This document shows, one piece after another, positions 19,257-22,562 of a stretch of DNA of 22,562 bases. The stretch is from the NCBI RefSeq assembly GCF_006345805.1, contig NW_021836797.1, positions 1 to 22,562 of the forward strand, written 5' to 3'. Source of the stretch: Octopus sinensis. Its lineage: Eukaryota. The position numbers and the translations under genes were made by a program. Numbering within the stretch: position 1 is the first letter of the stretch; every line of letters begins with the position of its first letter. The notes below the pieces were generated by a model. It saw only the letters and a list, made by a program, of their open reading frames with translations. It was not told the DNA's origin and made no database searches.

Positions 19257-19671
19257 TATTTCTTTATTGCCCACAAGGGGCTAAACACAGAGAGGACAAA
19301 TAAGGACAGACAAAGGGATTAAGTCGATTGCATCGACCCCAGTGCGTAATTGGTACTTAATCTATTGACCCCGAAAGGATGAAAGGCAAAGTCGACCTCG
19401 GCGGAATTTGAACTCACAACATAACGGCAGACGAAATACGTATTTCTTTATTACCCACAAGGGGCTAAACACAGAGGGGACAAACAAGGACAGACAAAGG
19501 TATTAAGTCGATTACATCGACTCCAGTGCGTAATTGGTACTTAATTTATCGACCCCGAAAGGATGAAAGGCAAAGTCGACCTCGGCGGAATTTGAACTCA
19601 CAACATAACGGCAGACGAAATACGGCTACGCATTTCGCCCGGCGTGCTAACGACTCTGCAAGCTCGCCGCC
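19257..19671 (-). mobile_element. tRNA-derived SINE (MetaSINE-like core by recollection), dimeric: one complete unit plus a 184-bp headless body
   Basis: Minus strand starts ggcggcgagcttgcagagtcgttagc, with B box gagttcaaattcc and core ctttcatcctttcggggtcgataaa. Period 184 (cccacaagggg at 19270 and 19454). A 13-bp TSD tgtgcttgaaata lies at 19244-19256 and 19672-19684. Confidence 0.88.
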
Positions 19672-20035
19672 TGTGCTTGAAATAGCAGTCAAGAATATCT
19701 GAAACCATACAGTCATAAAAAAAAAACAACAATGTAGTTGCTGATAGACAAGATAACAGGGAGGTCGTGGTCTGACGGCCTTTATCATAGCTAATTACAG
19801 GGGTTGTGCAACAACTCATAGAACTTCCATGCAGGAGGTTCCTCTGTAAAATAATACCCGCCATCATTTCCACAAATTACACCTTAGAGTATGGAAAAAT
19901 GGGTAAGTGCAAGGCTTCCTTCCACAGGACTGCTGAAGCTAGAAATAACAAGTCAATTCCCGTATCTTGTCGTCAGACCAGATTTAACAGACAACCATTG
20001 CCAATACCACACGCACGAAATATGAAGTTGTGGGT

Positions 20036-20358
20036 TACACACACACGCACACAAACACACATACACATACATGCACGCACTCACACACACATACATGCAT
20101 ACTTACATGCATAAATACATGCATGCATACATACATACGTACATACATACATCCATGCATACATACATACGTATATACATACGTACATACATATATACAT
20201 ACATACATGCATACATACATACATACATACATACATGCATACATACATACATACATACATACATACATACATACATACGTACATGCATGCATACATACAT
20301 ACATACATACATACATACATGCATACATACATACATACATACATGCATACATACATAC

Positions 20359-20390
<32 letters not shown>
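20036..20390. repeat. (CA)n(TACA)n(GA)n compound microsatellite
   Basis: Direct reading. Confidence 0.95.
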
Positions 20391-20393
<3 letters not shown>

Positions 20394-20578
20394 CAGAAAC
20401 AGAGAGCGAGAAAGTAGAACGTAACTGTAAGATGATACAGTAAACAGTAATTTTTGATCTGATAGTTTGTAGAGGCGAGTAGGGGACGAATCTCAGAGCA
20501 AAATTTCTTGTCATGAAGTGTTTATTTTGTTTTATTGGTAATTATACACATTCCTGAAAAAAGTACAAACACTTAATA

Positions 20579-21167
20579 TATTTCTTTACTGCCCAGAAGG
20601 GGCTAAACACAGAGGGGACAAACAAGGACAGACAAAGGGTTTAAGTCGATTACATCGACCCCAGTCCGTAACTGGTACTTAATTTATCGACCCCGAAAGG
20701 ATGAAAGGCAAAGTTGACCTCGGCGGAATTTGAACTCAGAACGTAACGACAGACAAAATACCTATTTCTTTATTACCCACAAGGGGCTAAACACAGAGCG
20801 GACAAACAAGGACAGACATAGGTATTACGTCGATTACATCGACCCCAGTCCGTAACTGGTACTTAATTTATCGACCCCGAAAGGATGAAAAGCAAAGTTG
20901 ACCTCGGCGGAATTTGAACTCAGAACGTAACGACAGACAAAATACATATTTCTTTATTACCCACAAGGGGCTAAACACAGAGCGGACAAACAAGGACAGA
21001 CATAGGTATTAAGTCGATTACATCGACCCCAGTCCGTAACTGGTACTTAATTTATCGATCCCGAAAGGATGAAAAGCAAAGTTGACCTCGGCGGAATTTG
21101 AACTCAGAACGTAACGACAGACAAAATAAACATTTCGCCCGCTAAGCATTTCGCCCGGCGCGCTAAC
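20579..21167 (-). mobile_element. Same SINE family, trimeric (three 184-bp bodies, head truncated)
   Basis: Unit starts recur at 20592, 20776 and 20960. A partial head catttcgcccggcgcgctaac ends at 21167. No TSD seen. Confidence 0.88.
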
Positions 21168-21187
21168 ATGTCTGTCCAACGAAGCTG

Positions 21188-21283
21188 TACACACACAACA
21201 CACAAACACGCACACAAACACACAAAAAAAACACACGCACGCACGTGTGTGCACACACGTACACACGTACACACGTACACACA
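21188..21283. repeat. Degenerate (CA)n microsatellite
   Basis: Direct reading. Confidence 0.85.
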
Positions 21284-21535
21284 TGGGATTCTAAATATTG
21301 TTATCAGACATTCAAGATAGCCTCCGCTATTTCTAAAATGGGTTAAACTAGCAAAATGCTCTTTGTCCTCTTTTCTTACACTTCAACCTCGATGTAAACA
21401 CTGAGTACAACATTAATGGAGCAAGAGAGAGGGTGGAGAAAGAGAAAGGAGGAGTGAGTATGTGAATCACTCCCCCTCTCTTTCTCTCACACACGCACAC
21501 ACACACACTCACACACACACATACTCAGACACACA

Positions 21536-21922
21536 GATATAACTCGGATTTAAAATCAGCGTTAGGTCCTAACAGTTTAGCTCAGCTAGGGAAATATAAT
21601 TTCGAAGTCGAAAATTGTCAGGAATAGTAAGAGAAACGCAAAAGAAAGAATACATACATGTATATAAACATGTATACATGTGAGTGCACATTACAACATT
21701 TTACTTAACCCACAGGCGTGCGCATACAAACACACACAATACGCACAGGGGCGCACACATGCATATATTCATGTGCGTGTGTGTGTGCGTGCGCGTGCGT
21801 GCGTGTGTGTGTGCGTGGACGCGTGTGGGTGCGTGCGCGTGTGCGTGCGTGTGTGCGTGTGTGCGTGCGTGTGCGTGCGCGCGCGCGTGTGTGTGTGTGT
21901 GTGTGTGTGTGTGGTGCGTGTG
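21536..21922 (+). repeat. Second copy of the 13026-13570 segment, fused at 21923 to the CYP exon 1 promoter
   Basis: Identity starts at gatat (21536). After the (GT)n tract the sequence switches to attggttttacatggtgaaaacg, which matches 16545 onward. Confidence 0.95.
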
Positions 21923-22203
21923 ATTGGTTTTACATGGTGAAAACGTGAGAACAACGATTGAGATTGATATCTAAAGAGCTTAGTAATCATGCGCTGGAAC
22001 TTAAAGTGACCTCGGTTGCAGAAATAGACTTTGAATACAACTTTGTTGTTAAACACCTAACCTACTTATATTCAGTTGACTGCAAGTATAACTATTTTGT
22101 TACCTGCACAAACCTGTATATAGGTAGTAAACCACACTCGTCTAAAGAAGGCTGGGCTCTTAACGAAAATACAGATACATTATTGCAGCAATAACCTAGG
22201 ATT

Positions 22204-22562
22204 ATGGATGTTTCAGCATCGTATTTTGTAGAAGCTATTAATATACAAAGTCTTCTGATTGGAGTAGTTACTTTATTGCTAGCACGATGGCTTATAACTA
22301 GATCGAAATATAATTACAATTTACCCCCGGGTCCAATAGCCTTTCCAATTATTGGAAATATTCCTCAGATGGCTACAACCACAGACATTAATTTAAAGAT
22401 GAAGGAACTTCGAAAACAATTTGGAGGTATCTTTAAACTCTATTTTGGTTCTGAAACCATGGTGATTGTATGCAAAACCGAATGGATTTTAGAAGGATTG
22501 GTAAAGAAAGGAGAGGAATTCAAAGGAAGACCTTACTGGATGTACGTACCGAGGATATTAAC
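22204..22562 (+). CDS. CYP exon 1 copy D, open reading frame running off the window end
   Basis: ATG at 22204 with no stop or frameshift in 119 codons. Nearly identical to copy B but without the +T, and with GGT(Gly) where B has GCT(Ala). Confidence 0.9.
   Translation, partial: MDVSASYFVEAINIQSLLIGVVTLLLARWLITRSKYNYNLPPGPIAFPIIGNIPQMATTTDINLKMKELRKQFGGIFKLYFGSETMVIVCKTEWILEGLVKKGEEFKGRPYWMYVPRIL

Noticed and set aside
20579-21167. Regularly spaced repeats resembling a CRISPR array
   Set aside because: Units are 184-bp full tandem copies with no unique spacers, in eukaryotic context with no cas genes.
952-22562. Exon-1 copies A-D splicing to the exon 2-8 body in this window
   Set aside because: The body is upstream of them on the same strand, so this would need trans- or back-splicing. 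A downstream body outside the window is simpler.

Overview
AT-rich, repeat-dense eukaryotic genomic DNA. The SINE, microsatellite and Penelope-type tail content looks cephalopod (Octopus-like); that assignment is an inference. The window holds part of a tandem cytochrome P450 (CYP2 clan) locus on the + strand. Positions 952-10794 carry exons 2-8 of one gene, with I-helix AGSDTT, K-helix EVQR, PERW and heme motif FSLGPRMCAG. Its first coding exon lies upstream of the window, and as written there is a 1-nt phase mismatch at the exon 4/5 junction. Downstream there are four copies of the missing first coding exon with no exon 2-8 body between them: A 15590-15841 (5'-truncated, frameshifted), B 16826-17196 (frameshifted), C 18181-18550 (intact) and D 22204 to the window end (open so far). 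A-C lie in a ~1355-bp tandem unit that also contains the end of a DD36E Tc1-type transposon. D starts a second copy of a larger (8510-bp offset) duplication. Differences between the copies concentrate in the codons for substrate-recognition site 1, while the promoter and N-terminal coding sequence are almost identical. The rest is mobile elements: a mariner relic, a probable solo LTR, a non-autonomous Helitron, two tRNA-SINE families (one forming 184-bp concatemers), Penelope-type tails with minimal hammerhead ribozyme motifs, and many microsatellites. Most ORFs in the supplied track are microsatellite or intron read-through artefacts. All coordinates and counts were made by hand.
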